Below are positions 1 to 12,092 of a stretch of 64,000 nt of DNA, in pieces. The notes below the pieces were generated by a model. That model saw only the letters and a program-made list of their open reading frames with translations, searched no databases and was not told the DNA's origin. The position numbers and the translations under genes were made by a program. How positions within the stretch are numbered: position 1 is the stretch's first letter; each line of letters starts with the position of its first letter. Source of the DNA: Halioglobus sp. (lineage in GTDB: Bacteria; Pseudomonadota; Gammaproteobacteria; Pseudomonadales; Halieaceae); contig OZ245784.1 of the NCBI GenBank assembly GCA_965227955.1, forward strand, positions 2,206,031 through 2,270,030, given 5' to 3'.

Positions 1-1298
1 TTGAAGCTGGGGAGGTCATCGATCCTGCCCCGGGGCTCGTCCTCGCTCCAGCGCAGGGACGCCGCCACCGAATAACGGCTGGACAGTATCGGGCTGTAGG
101 TCAGGTTGACGTTCTTGAACACGGACTTTTCACCGTCCTCCGAACGCGTCTGTTCCGAGTAGTTGCCGTTCATCGAAAGCGAGAAGTCCCTGCCCGTATA
201 GCCCCAGCCCAGCGCGAGGCGCTCATCCAGGAGTGGGCCATTGCTGAGCGCGCTGGGATTGTCGATGTTGTCGGGGAAACCGCCCTGGTCCTCTGTGCGA
301 ATATCGCGCTCGAAGGTAATTTTCTTGCTGTAGTTGGCACTGAACCGGTTGCGCTTGTGGGAGTGCCTGATGTTCACCCGCGGGGTATCACCGAAAAAAC
401 GGTCCCCCTGCCCCACGTTGACAGCGGTGCGGTCTGTGGGCGTCCACGCCACCCCGATGTCCCAGGCGTTGCCGTCCTTGTCGCCGTTCAGCGTGGTGGC
501 GAAATCGTTCCACTCCTCGCCGATGTAACCGTTTACCGCCCAGCGGCGGCTGAACCTGTAGGCCAGGCGCAGTCGGGCGGACGCCAGCTCCGTGGGCTTG
601 CGCGTGAAGCCATTGAAATTCTCGCCGTACTCGACGCGACTCCAGCGGGCGTCGAGAGCGCGCGACCACTGGGAGGGGCTGGCGTTGCTGACGGTCGTGA
701 CCACACGGTGCCGGTGGCTGTCGCGCACCGCGTTGGTTGAATTGAACTGCTCGTCCCAGGTGTACTGGGCGCGCACCTTGACCCAGTCCTTGAACCGGCG
801 ATTGACGGTGGGGGAGATAGAGTACCGGTAGTAGGTATTGGTATTGCCCGTGCGATTCAGGTCGTCCCCGCCGCCGGCGGCGCGGGAGGTCACCTCGTTC
901 TGGTTGGCCCGCGCCTGGATGTTGAGGTCCATCCACTGGGGTATAACCACCGTGCGGAACGCGCCGCGCAACTGGGGCGAGTACTGCTCGCGGTCATCGT
1001 AGTTGCCGTTGCAGCCCTTCTTGTTCAGCGCACTGTTGGTCAGTGAATTCAGCTGCACGGAGCCGCTGAGGTTCAGGCTCGCCTTCGCTCCCCGCACTGA
1101 CATCGTACCGGAGGGTGTCAGCGTGCCGACCCAGTCGCCTTGCTTGTTGTTCTTGCTGAGACAGACGTTGTCCGTGTAGGTGACCGAGGGCGAAATATTC
1201 GCGCCGGCGCTCCAACGCGCCGCCTCGACACTCCCGCTCGTCGCCAGGGCCGCCACAAATACGGCTCCCGCGGAGTACTTCGCCTGCCTTATCGCCAT
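1..1298 (-). CDS. PEP-CTERM-locus outer-membrane beta-barrel protein (partial, 3' end beyond window edge)
   Basis: Not in the supplied ORF track because it has no stop inside the window. My own minus-strand translation from the ATG at 1298 stays open to position 1. It starts MAIRQAKYSAGAVFVAALATSGSVEAA (signal peptide), then shows Asn/Tyr/Arg/Trp-rich alternating segments (RYSISPTVNRRFKDWVKVRAQYTWDEQFN) typical of beta-barrel OMPs. The start lies 5 nt after the upstream kinase stop. The family assignment (TIGR03016-like) rests on context and recall. Confidence 0.6.
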   Translation of the reverse strand, partial: MAIRQAKYSAGAVFVAALATSGSVEAARWSAGANISPSVTYTDNVCLSKNNKQGDWVGTLTPSGTMSVRGAKASLNLSGSVQLNSLTNSALNKKGCNGNYDDREQYSPQLRGAFRTVVIPQWMDLNIQARANQNEVTSRAAGGGDDLNRTGNTNTYYRYSISPTVNRRFKDWVKVRAQYTWDEQFNSTNAVRDSHRHRVVTTVSNASPSQWSRALDARWSRVEYGENFNGFTRKPTELASARLRLAYRFSRRWAVNGYIGEEWNDFATTLNGDKDGNAWDIGVAWTPTDRTAVNVGQGDRFFGDTPRVNIRHSHKRNRFSANYSKKITFERDIRTEDQGGFPDNIDNPSALSNGPLLDERLALGWGYTGRDFSLSMNGNYSEQTRSEDGEKSVFKNVNLTYSPILSSRYSVAASLRWSEDEPRGRIDDLPSF

Positions 1299-1303
1299 CG
1301 CAA

Positions 1304-2386
1304 CTACCCCGATTCCGCCCCCGACTCTCTGTCCCGACCGTAGCCGTAAACCTCACCGTAGGTGTAGTAGTAGGGATTACTACGCCTGCGCGCCCGGTTC
1401 AGCACCATGCCGACCATCTTGTCTTCACCGATATGCTCGACAGCCTGTGTGACCGCGTGCTGCGGGGTCATGTCGGCACTCACCACGAAAACGATCTGTC
1501 CCATGAAACTGGCCAGCACCGAGGCCTCGGTGGTGAGCAGCAGCGGGGGCGAATCGAAAACGATAACCCGGTCGCTGTACTGCTCGGACAGTTCCACCAT
1601 CAACTGGCGCATACGCTCACTGGCCAGGAGTTCGTTGGCATGGGTGTGCAGGTCGCCCGCGGGCAGGATGCGCAGCTTGTCGATATTGGTGTGCAGCATG
1701 ACGTCCGGCAAGGTGGTGTTGTTGTCCTCGAGCACGTCGATAAGCCCCGGGCAATCGGAGGGGATACCGAGAATACGGCCCGCCTCCGCTTTCGCGGTGT
1801 CGGCGTCGACAAACAGGACAGTCTTGTCCTGCTCCATCGCGATACTGATGGCGAGGCTGATCGAGGTGAACGTCTTGCCGTCGCCTTCCAGCGCACTGGT
1901 CACCATGATGAGATTGCCCTGCCGGATCGGCTGGGTGGCATCGTCGCCGGCGATATTGGTCAGCAGCGGGCGCTTGATTGTGCGGAACTCCTCGGCGATG
2001 GCGCTGCGCGGCACCGAGGGGGTGAGAATGCCGATCTGCCGCAGGTCCTCGAAATTCAGCTTGATGTACTTGTCCCGGATAATGGTGGCCACGTCCTGCG
2101 GGCCGTCAAAATCCGGCGCGGCGGCGGCGGGTGTGGAAGCGCCTTCCTGGGGGGAATCTTCCAGGGGTGAATCTTCCCGGGGCGGCTCAGCCGGGCGCTC
2201 AACCTCGGGCTCGGGTGCCGCGGATTTACCGGGCCGGGTCGCCGGCGCTGCCTCCACGTCGTTGCCCGCACGCTCCACGGTGCTGGATACGGCCTCCGCT
2301 GCGCCGGCATCCGCGGTGGCGGTGTCTGCCGCCTTGTCCGCGTCGCCCTTGCCGAGCGCGTTAACCGCTTTTTCGATAATGCTCAT
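1304..2386 (-). CDS. Exopolysaccharide tyrosine autokinase (BY-kinase, PEP-CTERM locus type)
   Basis: Walker A LEGDGKTFTS, Walker A' VLFVDAD and Walker B RVIVFDSPP. C-terminal tyrosine cluster NPYYYTYGEVYGYG. It follows a separate chain-length determinant gene. Confidence 0.85.
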   Translation of the reverse strand: MSIIEKAVNALGKGDADKAADTATADAGAAEAVSSTVERAGNDVEAAPATRPGKSAAPEPEVERPAEPPREDSPLEDSPQEGASTPAAAAPDFDGPQDVATIIRDKYIKLNFEDLRQIGILTPSVPRSAIAEEFRTIKRPLLTNIAGDDATQPIRQGNLIMVTSALEGDGKTFTSISLAISIAMEQDKTVLFVDADTAKAEAGRILGIPSDCPGLIDVLEDNNTTLPDVMLHTNIDKLRILPAGDLHTHANELLASERMRQLMVELSEQYSDRVIVFDSPPLLLTTEASVLASFMGQIVFVVSADMTPQHAVTQAVEHIGEDKMVGMVLNRARRRSNPYYYTYGEVYGYGRDRESGAESG

Positions 2387-2443
2387 TGCTTGTCCCGAAC
2401 TTCACACTGTCCCTGTCGTTATTATCGTGGCCGCAGCGGGGCA

Positions 2444-4111
2444 TCAGCCCAACATCGCGTAGCCCGACCCGATCGTCATCCCGGCACATGCAATCAACAG
2501 GCAGACTGTCAGCGATGCGTAGGCGACTATGCCGTAGCGTTCCCTGCGGCGCTGTTCGGGCTGCAGGTTGATCGTCACCGATCCCAGTACCGGCAGGCCG
2601 GTCACCGAAGCGAGGGAGCGGGAATCAAAAAACACCGGGTAGATGAGCGACACCAGGAAGCTGACACCGATGCCGGCGGCGAGGCCGGCGGCCAGCATAA
2701 TGGCATTGAGCAGCACCTTGTCCGGTTCACTCGGCTTCAGCGGCACGTAGGGCGGGTCGATGACGCGAAACGTGACGTCCGTCGCCTTCTGCTCCATATC
2801 CTGCCCCATGCGCGCCGTCTCCCGTCGCTTCAACAGCGTGCTGTGCTGGCTCCTGATGACATCGTAGTCCCGGTCGAGCTGTTTCAGCTGGCCCTCGATC
2901 TCGGGAATGGTGTTGACCTTCTCCTCCAGCTCCGACACGCGCTCGCGGTACTCCTTGACCCGCACCTCCAGCGCCGCGACCTTGGACTTCGACTCCGACA
3001 ACAGCTTCTTCAGATTGAGGTATATCGGGCTATTGGCAAGCCCGGAGAGGTCCCCGAGGTCCTCGAGGTCCTCGATTTCGAGGGGCTTGCCCGCCTCGCG
3101 TTTTTTACGCGCGGCGGCGAGCGCTTTTTTCGCAGCCGCATTGGCCTCCGCCTGTTCCGACGCCCGCTGCGCTTCCAGGTCTTCCAGCAGCGAGGTCAGC
3201 ATGCGCACTTCGGGGTGGCGATTGGTGTAGTGGATCCTCAGGGCGCCGAGCTCCGCCTGTGCCGCCTCGATCTGGGAATCCAGGGCGGGGTTGTTGTAGC
3301 GCGGGACTGGCGGGGCCCGCCGCGCCGGCGCCGGGTTCAACGGCGTGGCCGGCTCACTGCTCGGCGGCGGCAGGTACAGGGGATCTTCACCGTCGATCTG
3401 GCGCTGCAGGTCCACGACGCGGTTCTTCTCTTCCTTCAGCTGTAGCTGGGCCTGCTGCAACCGGGTCCTGGCACTGTTCAAGTTGCGATAGTAACCGCCC
3501 TTGCCGCCGAGGACGGACATATGCTTCTGGCGGAAGTTGGCGGAGCGCGTCTCCGCCGCGATCAGTCGCGCTTCGTATTCCTTGATCTGTTCGTCCAGGA
3601 AATCCTGGGCCCCGGAAGTGTCCTCCCGCTTGCCGCTGAGGGAGCTCTCGATGAACACCGTGATGAGCGCCTGGGCGATCCGCTTGGCGGTGTCACGGTC
3701 GGGATCCTGCACAGAAATGGCATAGAGGGACTTGTCCTGCCGCCCGGCATTCAGACGAATAGCCTTGGACAGGTCGGACAGCAGCTCGTCCTTTTCCCGC
3801 GCAGTGGTGACCTGCAGGTCCAGGTCGGTCATGCGCATCAGTTTTTCCAGGTTGGGGCGACTGAGCAGCGTGCGGCTCAGCAGACCGATGCGGCTCTCCA
3901 CGTTGGGCTGGACCGCCAGCCCCTGCAGCAGCGGCCGCAGCACGCTGTTGGTGTCCACGTATACCCGGGCGCTCGCGACATAGGACTCCGGCAGCTGCCA
4001 GACCCAGATCCAGCCGCCGATGGCGACCAGCCACGCGACGACGAGGGCCAGCCAGCGATGCCGCCAGACTCCCCATGCGTAGGAGAAGACCTGCCCCAGG
4101 ATATCCTGCAT
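2444..4111 (-). CDS. Polysaccharide chain-length determinant protein (Wzz/PCP family, PEP-CTERM locus subfamily)
   Basis: N-terminal TM (WLALVVAWLVAIGGWIWVW), a long coiled-coil-like periplasmic region and a C-terminal TM (LLNAIMLAAGLAAGIGVSFLVSLIY). It sits directly upstream of the BY-kinase. Confidence 0.85.
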   Translation of the reverse strand: MQDILGQVFSYAWGVWRHRWLALVVAWLVAIGGWIWVWQLPESYVASARVYVDTNSVLRPLLQGLAVQPNVESRIGLLSRTLLSRPNLEKLMRMTDLDLQVTTAREKDELLSDLSKAIRLNAGRQDKSLYAISVQDPDRDTAKRIAQALITVFIESSLSGKREDTSGAQDFLDEQIKEYEARLIAAETRSANFRQKHMSVLGGKGGYYRNLNSARTRLQQAQLQLKEEKNRVVDLQRQIDGEDPLYLPPPSSEPATPLNPAPARRAPPVPRYNNPALDSQIEAAQAELGALRIHYTNRHPEVRMLTSLLEDLEAQRASEQAEANAAAKKALAAARKKREAGKPLEIEDLEDLGDLSGLANSPIYLNLKKLLSESKSKVAALEVRVKEYRERVSELEEKVNTIPEIEGQLKQLDRDYDVIRSQHSTLLKRRETARMGQDMEQKATDVTFRVIDPPYVPLKPSEPDKVLLNAIMLAAGLAAGIGVSFLVSLIYPVFFDSRSLASVTGLPVLGSVTINLQPEQRRRERYGIVAYASLTVCLLIACAGMTIGSGYAMLG

Positions 4112-4146
4112 GAAATTCTACCCCCCGCTGCCCGGTTGACCCCCGG

Positions 4147-4806
4147 TCAGAACCAGGACTCCGCGATGATCAGCACGTCGCCGGGCATGAGTGCGAGATT
4201 GGCCGTGATATCGCCGTCCTTGATCAAGTCGTCGAGACGCAGGCTGTACACCTGCTGCCTGCCGTCGACCATGCGCACCAGCACCGAACCGTTACCGTCC
4301 GCGTACGGGGTGAGCCCGCCGACCGAGATCATCAGGTCCAGCAGCGTCATGTGCTTCTTGTAGGGGATGCGCCTGGGATTGGTCGCCTCGCCCAGGACGC
4401 GAATAGTCTGCTCCGGAACCCCCGAAAAACTGCTGACGATAACGCTGACCACCGGCTCGCGGACGTACTCGGAATAGGCGCTCTCGATATCGCGCGCGAG
4501 TTGCGTGGATGTCTTGCCGCTGGCTTGCAAGTCCTCGACCAGTCGCGTCGTCAGTTTGCCGTCGGGCCGAACGGTACCGCCCGAGCTCAGCTCCTCGTTG
4601 CCCCAGACGAATATCGTGACCGAGTCGCCGGGACCGAGAACGTAATCGTAGTCGACTTCGACATCGCGCTGGGCCTCGGGTACCGGCGGGTAGGAGGTGG
4701 AACCACACCCCGCGCTCAGCGCGAGGAGCAGACCAGCGAGAGCCGCGAATGGAGTTTTCAGTATCGAGAAGCAACCGGATTGCGCAGATTGAGCCATCAT
4801 TTCCAT
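4147..4806 (-). CDS. Polysaccharide export outer-membrane lipoprotein (Wza/EpsE-like)
   Basis: Lipobox LALSAGC. Poly_export-type motif YVLGPGDSVTIFVWGNEELS. C-terminal SLBB-like segment (GDITANLALMPGDVLII). Confidence 0.85.
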   Translation of the reverse strand: MEMMAQSAQSGCFSILKTPFAALAGLLLALSAGCGSTSYPPVPEAQRDVEVDYDYVLGPGDSVTIFVWGNEELSSGGTVRPDGKLTTRLVEDLQASGKTSTQLARDIESAYSEYVREPVVSVIVSSFSGVPEQTIRVLGEATNPRRIPYKKHMTLLDLMISVGGLTPYADGNGSVLVRMVDGRQQVYSLRLDDLIKDGDITANLALMPGDVLIIAESWF

Positions 4807-4990
4807 CTCCTTCGGACCGTCGCATGGCCATTATTATCCCGAAAGTCTATCACGCCGCCCATTGCGGGAATCCCATGGTGGCTGAACATTGTGAACAACG
4901 TCACAGAGATATTCGGGGCGCCTGCAGCCCTCGTATTTACTGCCCCGGGAGCGAAACGGCAATCCGTGCGAACCGGGACCGGGGACGCCA

Positions 4991-7246
<2,256 letters not shown>

Positions 7247-7428
7247 CCGGGTCCGCCACCCAAGGCAAAAAGGAAGGAAATCAGAGCTTTACAGAGATCA
7301 ATACCCAATGCAAGTGACCGGGTGCTTACCCCGGACACCTTTTTTGTCTAAACTGGGAACCACGCACCCAAAGGGCCGAAGCCAGCGGATTCGCGGCGTC
7401 CGGGTGCGGTACCTGGGATACACACGAT

Positions 7429-7632
7429 ATGAATAAGAACCTCGTATTTCTCGGCACCATCGGGGGGGTGATCGGGGCGATCACCTGCTTCCTGGCAGGA
7501 CTCGCCAGGGTCGCCGGCTACTACTACATGCTCGGATACCAGTCCACGACCGTGTTCAATGTCGGGGTGGGCCTCATGGTGTTCGCCTGCCTGGTCAAGG
7601 TCGAGGAAATCGCCGCGCGCGAGCGCCGGTAG
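7429..7632 (+). CDS. Small hypothetical membrane protein (two predicted TM helices)
   Basis: 67-aa ORF with GC3-rich codons and two hydrophobic stretches (VFLGTIGGVIGAITCFLAGL, VFNVGVGLMVFACLV). Weak ribosome-binding site. No family recognised. Confidence 0.35.
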   Translation: MNKNLVFLGTIGGVIGAITCFLAGLARVAGYYYMLGYQSTTVFNVGVGLMVFACLVKVEEIAARERR

Positions 7633-7780
7633 GCCGACCCGGGACAATCGCGTTGCGCGCAGGTGCCCGGCCCTTCGCGTCAAAATTCTTTACGTTTGAC
7701 CGGCCCTTCCCGGCCACCGCTCGGGAAGAGTCTCGCATTTTTTCCGTAAGATACTGTTTTATATCAGTTTTTCGATTTTT

Positions 7781-7796
7781 AGGTATACAAATTGCA
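7781..7796 (+). promoter_or_regulatory. Candidate sigma-54 (-24/-12) promoter AGGTATACAAATTGCA
   Basis: GG-N10-GC spacing with a perfect TTGCA -12 element. It lies in an AT-rich intergenic tract about 185 nt upstream of the TAT-protein start. The sigma-54 activator PrsR is encoded in the same locus. Confidence 0.55.
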
Positions 7797-7980
7797 TAAG
7801 GAAGGGTTGCACCGGCATCAAAATCGACTGTGACTCGTATCACAGACGCTGTTGATGCGGGTTTCAGCGGTAATATGGCGGTGGTAAAGTCCCGGACAAT
7901 GGCTAACCTGAATACAGGGGTCGGCGCATTGCTTGGCAGCGCCTCGGCGGCCGAATCGCCTGGATGGTACGGGGGTTAAC

Positions 7981-8379
7981 TTGGACAGTTACAAAGACAG
8001 AGACAGCGAAGGACGCGCTGGCCGCCCCGAGCCCGCCGCTACCGAAGAATTGCGCGACCCCACCCGTCGCCGCTTCTCCCGCAGCGCCCTCGCGGGCAGT
8101 GCGGTGCTGCTCTCTCTCGGCAATCGCGCCGCGTGGGGCGGGGGCACCCAGATCGCCGGCTGCATGTCGGTGATGACCGTCAACTCCTTCAACCCGGAAA
8201 CCGGCATGTTCATCTCCGCGCCCGCGGGAAGGCCGGACCACAACGAGGATCTCGCGGCGGAAATCCACCGCATCGGCGACCCGCCCGACTATCTCGGCGC
8301 AGACGGCAGGTGGAAAGTGTGCCCGGACCCCGACTCCTTCGACGGCGTATGCCTCGTCAAGGGCAGGTGCCCGGACTGA
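7981..8379 (+). CDS. Small secreted protein with twin-arginine signal and four Cys in the mature part
   Basis: TAT motif TRRRFSRSALAGSAVLLSLGNRAAWG. Mature region of about 85 aa with Cys in GC, VCPD, VCLV and RCPD contexts. GC3-rich frame. No in-frame ATG: possible starts are TTG 7981 (GGGGG 5-6 nt upstream) or TTG 7933, as in the ORF track. Confidence 0.55.
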   Translation: MDSYKDRDSEGRAGRPEPAATEELRDPTRRRFSRSALAGSAVLLSLGNRAAWGGGTQIAGCMSVMTVNSFNPETGMFISAPAGRPDHNEDLAAEIHRIGDPPDYLGADGRWKVCPDPDSFDGVCLVKGRCPD

Positions 8380-8460
8380 GTTGCATCCCCCGGGCGGCCG
8401 GTGGCCACACCGGGAACCATCTGAAATAATATCCACTACCCGACACCTGGCGCGCGCCCT

Positions 8461-8730
8461 ATGACGTGGCGAGTTGAATCCCCGGGGCAGGTTTACGACG
8501 CCGGAGAGGGCTCGGTCGTGTACTTCGACCCCCGCAGTGGCGACACTCACCTGCTCAGCGACTTCGCGGCCTACCTTCTCGAACAGCTGGGGGACGGCCC
8601 CCTGGACACCGGCGAACTGGTCGCGCGCGTGGCGCCCGACGTGGAGGGCGGTGACCCGGCGGAGGTCCAGGCCTCGGTGACCGCGGCGCTGGAAGACCTC
8701 GTGTCCCTCGACATTCTCAAGCGGGGCTAG
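8461..8730 (+). CDS. PqqD-family peptide chaperone / RiPP-recognition-element protein (HPr-rel-A system type)
   Basis: 89-aa protein with the PqqD-like pattern VVYFDPRSGDTHLLSDFAAYLLEQL...AALEDLVSLDILKR. It sits immediately upstream of the HprK-related kinase. Confidence 0.75.
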   Translation: MTWRVESPGQVYDAGEGSVVYFDPRSGDTHLLSDFAAYLLEQLGDGPLDTGELVARVAPDVEGGDPAEVQASVTAALEDLVSLDILKRG

Positions 8731-8739
8731 GCCACCCAG

Positions 8740-9645
8740 ATGCAACGCCTCGGACAACTCGGTGCGGACGAACTGGGCGACAGGCTGCGCCGGGGTGACC
8801 TCGCCCTGCGTATCGGCCCCTACGTCTACAACGTCCAGAGCAATCTCGCCGATATCGCCCGCGGCCTGCACACACTGTACGCCGATTTTCCCCTCGCCGG
8901 CCCCGGCGACTATGTCGATTTCGACGTGGGTCTGCGCCAGTCGGGGCTGCGCCAGCGCCTGACGGGTCGCGCCGACTTCCTCTTCGATCGCCAGCGACCC
9001 TTCGACACCGTGCCCGCGGGCCAGTCCTACGCCTTCCTGGAGTGGGGGATGAACTGGTGTGTCTCACTGCACGTGAACGAGTACCTCAAGCTGCACGCGG
9101 CGGTGGTGTCGCGGGGCGACAGCGGGGTCGTCATGCCCGGCGTGCCCGGGGCCGGCAAGAGCACGCTCTGCGCTGCACTGGGCCTGCGCGGCTGGCGCAT
9201 CCTGTCGGACGAACACGCCATGCTCGAGCCGGGCACCACCGACCTGGTCCCGCTGTGCCGCCCGGTCAGCCTCAAGAACGAGAGCATCGAGGTCATCCGG
9301 GCGTTCTCGCCCCGGGCGGTACTGGGCCCGGTCAGCCACCAGACGCACAAGGGTGTGGTGGCACACATGAAGGCGGACCTTACCGCCGACAGCCATGACC
9401 CGGGCACAGTACCCGCGCGCTATATGCTGTTCCCGAGGTACAGCGCGACGGAGACACAGCGCCTCGCACCGCGACGGCGCACGGAGAGCTTCATCATCGC
9501 GGCCTACCACTCTTTCAACTACAGCCTGCTGGGTGAGCCGGGTTTCCGGGCCATGCGCCTGTTGGTGGAAACTGTCGAGTGCTTCGACCTGGTGTACCGG
9601 GACCTGGACTGGGCGGTCGGGGTGATGGAGGAATTGCTCGCATGA
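8740..9645 (+). CDS. HprK-related kinase A (P-loop serine kinase-like)
   Basis: P-loop GVPGAGKSTL followed by RILSDEHAML. Its size and its pairing with the PqqD protein match what I recall of the HprK_rel_A family. Confidence 0.8.
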   Translation: MQRLGQLGADELGDRLRRGDLALRIGPYVYNVQSNLADIARGLHTLYADFPLAGPGDYVDFDVGLRQSGLRQRLTGRADFLFDRQRPFDTVPAGQSYAFLEWGMNWCVSLHVNEYLKLHAAVVSRGDSGVVMPGVPGAGKSTLCAALGLRGWRILSDEHAMLEPGTTDLVPLCRPVSLKNESIEVIRAFSPRAVLGPVSHQTHKGVVAHMKADLTADSHDPGTVPARYMLFPRYSATETQRLAPRRRTESFIIAAYHSFNYSLLGEPGFRAMRLLVETVECFDLVYRDLDWAVGVMEELLA

Positions 9646-10760
9646 GCCCCCCTCCTTCCTTCGTCCTGCGGGAGGCGCTGCTCAATCCCGGCGAGGTCCC
9701 GGCCCTGAATGCCGGACAACTGGGAGGTCTCGTTACCCAGGCGAGAATCGCACGCCTGCTCCCGACCCTGGCGCTCGAGCTCGAGGCGTCGGGGGCACTC
9801 GACGAACTGGCCTGGCCGGTGCGCCGCCACCTGCTCTCCGCGGTGCTGGTGCACGAGAAACAGAAACGCGATCTCGCCTTCGACTGCGAATCGATCGGCG
9901 CCGCGCTGGCCCAGGAGGGCGAGCGCCTGGTGCTGCTCAAGGGAGGCGCCTACCTGCGCGCCGACCTGCCCGTCGGACGCGGCCGGCTGATCACCGATAT
10001 CGACATCATTGTGCCCCGCCCGTCCATCGAGGCCGCCGAACGGGCGCTCAACGAGCACGGCTGGGAAAGCGCCGAGCTCGACCCCTACAACGAGAGCTAC
10101 TACCGCAGGTGGAGCCACGAGACACCCGCCCTGTTCAACCGCAGGCGCGGCACCACCCTGGACCTGCACCACAATATCCTGCCCCCCACCGCCGGCCCGA
10201 ATGTCGATGCGGCGCTGCTGTTCGGGGAACTGCGCGAGGTGGCTCCGGGGATCTTCATCCCCTCGCTGCGTGACATGGTCATACACAGCGCGACCCACCT
10301 ATTCCACGAGGGGGAATTCCACCACGGGCTCAGGGACCTCTGGGACCTGGATCGCATGCTGCGGGACTTCCCTGCCAGGGAGGAGGATTTCTGGGCGCGC
10401 CTGGTGGAGCGGGCGCGACAGCTCCAATTACAGGAGTCGCTGTTTCACGGCCTGGTCTACGCCCGGGCGCTTTTCGATACACCTGTGCCCGCAGCGCTGG
10501 CCGCGACTGCGGGCTCGAGGGCGCAGCGCCTGCGGCGCCCGCTCATGGACTTCCTGTTCCTCCGCGCGTTCCGACCCGACCACCCGGATTGCCGCCTGCC
10601 CCTGACCGGGGTCGCGCTGAATGCGCTGTACCTGCGATCCCACTACCTGCGCATGCCGCTCTACCTGCTGCTGCCGCACCTCGTGCGCAAGGCCTGGATG
10701 CGGCGCAAGGCTTCCAGGGAGCGCAAGGATGAAACAGGAATGGCGGGCGGCGGCGCTTAA
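9642..10760 (+). CDS. Uncharacterised nucleotidyltransferase family protein (NTP_transf_5-like)
   Basis: Motifs LLKGGAYLRADLP and GRLITDIDIIVP (acidic pair). The ATG at 9642 overlaps the kinase stop (ATGA). The N-terminal extension in the ORF track (from 9579) is probably not translated. Confidence 0.7.
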   Translation: MSPPPSFVLREALLNPGEVPALNAGQLGGLVTQARIARLLPTLALELEASGALDELAWPVRRHLLSAVLVHEKQKRDLAFDCESIGAALAQEGERLVLLKGGAYLRADLPVGRGRLITDIDIIVPRPSIEAAERALNEHGWESAELDPYNESYYRRWSHETPALFNRRRGTTLDLHHNILPPTAGPNVDAALLFGELREVAPGIFIPSLRDMVIHSATHLFHEGEFHHGLRDLWDLDRMLRDFPAREEDFWARLVERARQLQLQESLFHGLVYARALFDTPVPAALAATAGSRAQRLRRPLMDFLFLRAFRPDHPDCRLPLTGVALNALYLRSHYLRMPLYLLLPHLVRKAWMRRKASRERKDETGMAGGGA

Positions 10761-10772
10761 TACCCCGGCCCG

Positions 10773-12086
<1,314 letters not shown>

Positions 12087-12092
12087 TGGGCG

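Noticed and set aside
994-1356. 120-aa minus-strand ORF overlapping the kinase/OMP junction.
   Set aside because: It is out of frame with the open beta-barrel OMP frame that begins at 1298 and overlaps the kinase 3' end. Its composition is Arg/Gly-rich.
7318-7346. Hairpin CCGGG-TGCTTAC-CCCGG followed by TTTTTT on the + strand, considered as a terminator.
   Set aside because: No + strand gene ends upstream of it, and it lies in the 5' leader/promoter region of the minus-strand ATPase operon. Its function is unclear and the stem is only 5 bp.
7247-7930. AT-richer intergenic tracts, also at 20244-20655, 26620-26884 and 40161-40700, considered as signs of a horizontally acquired island or mobile-element scars.
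   Set aside because: There is no integrase, transposase, tRNA attachment site or flanking direct repeats. The coding regions throughout share the same GC3-rich usage. The tracts are better explained as regulatory regions.
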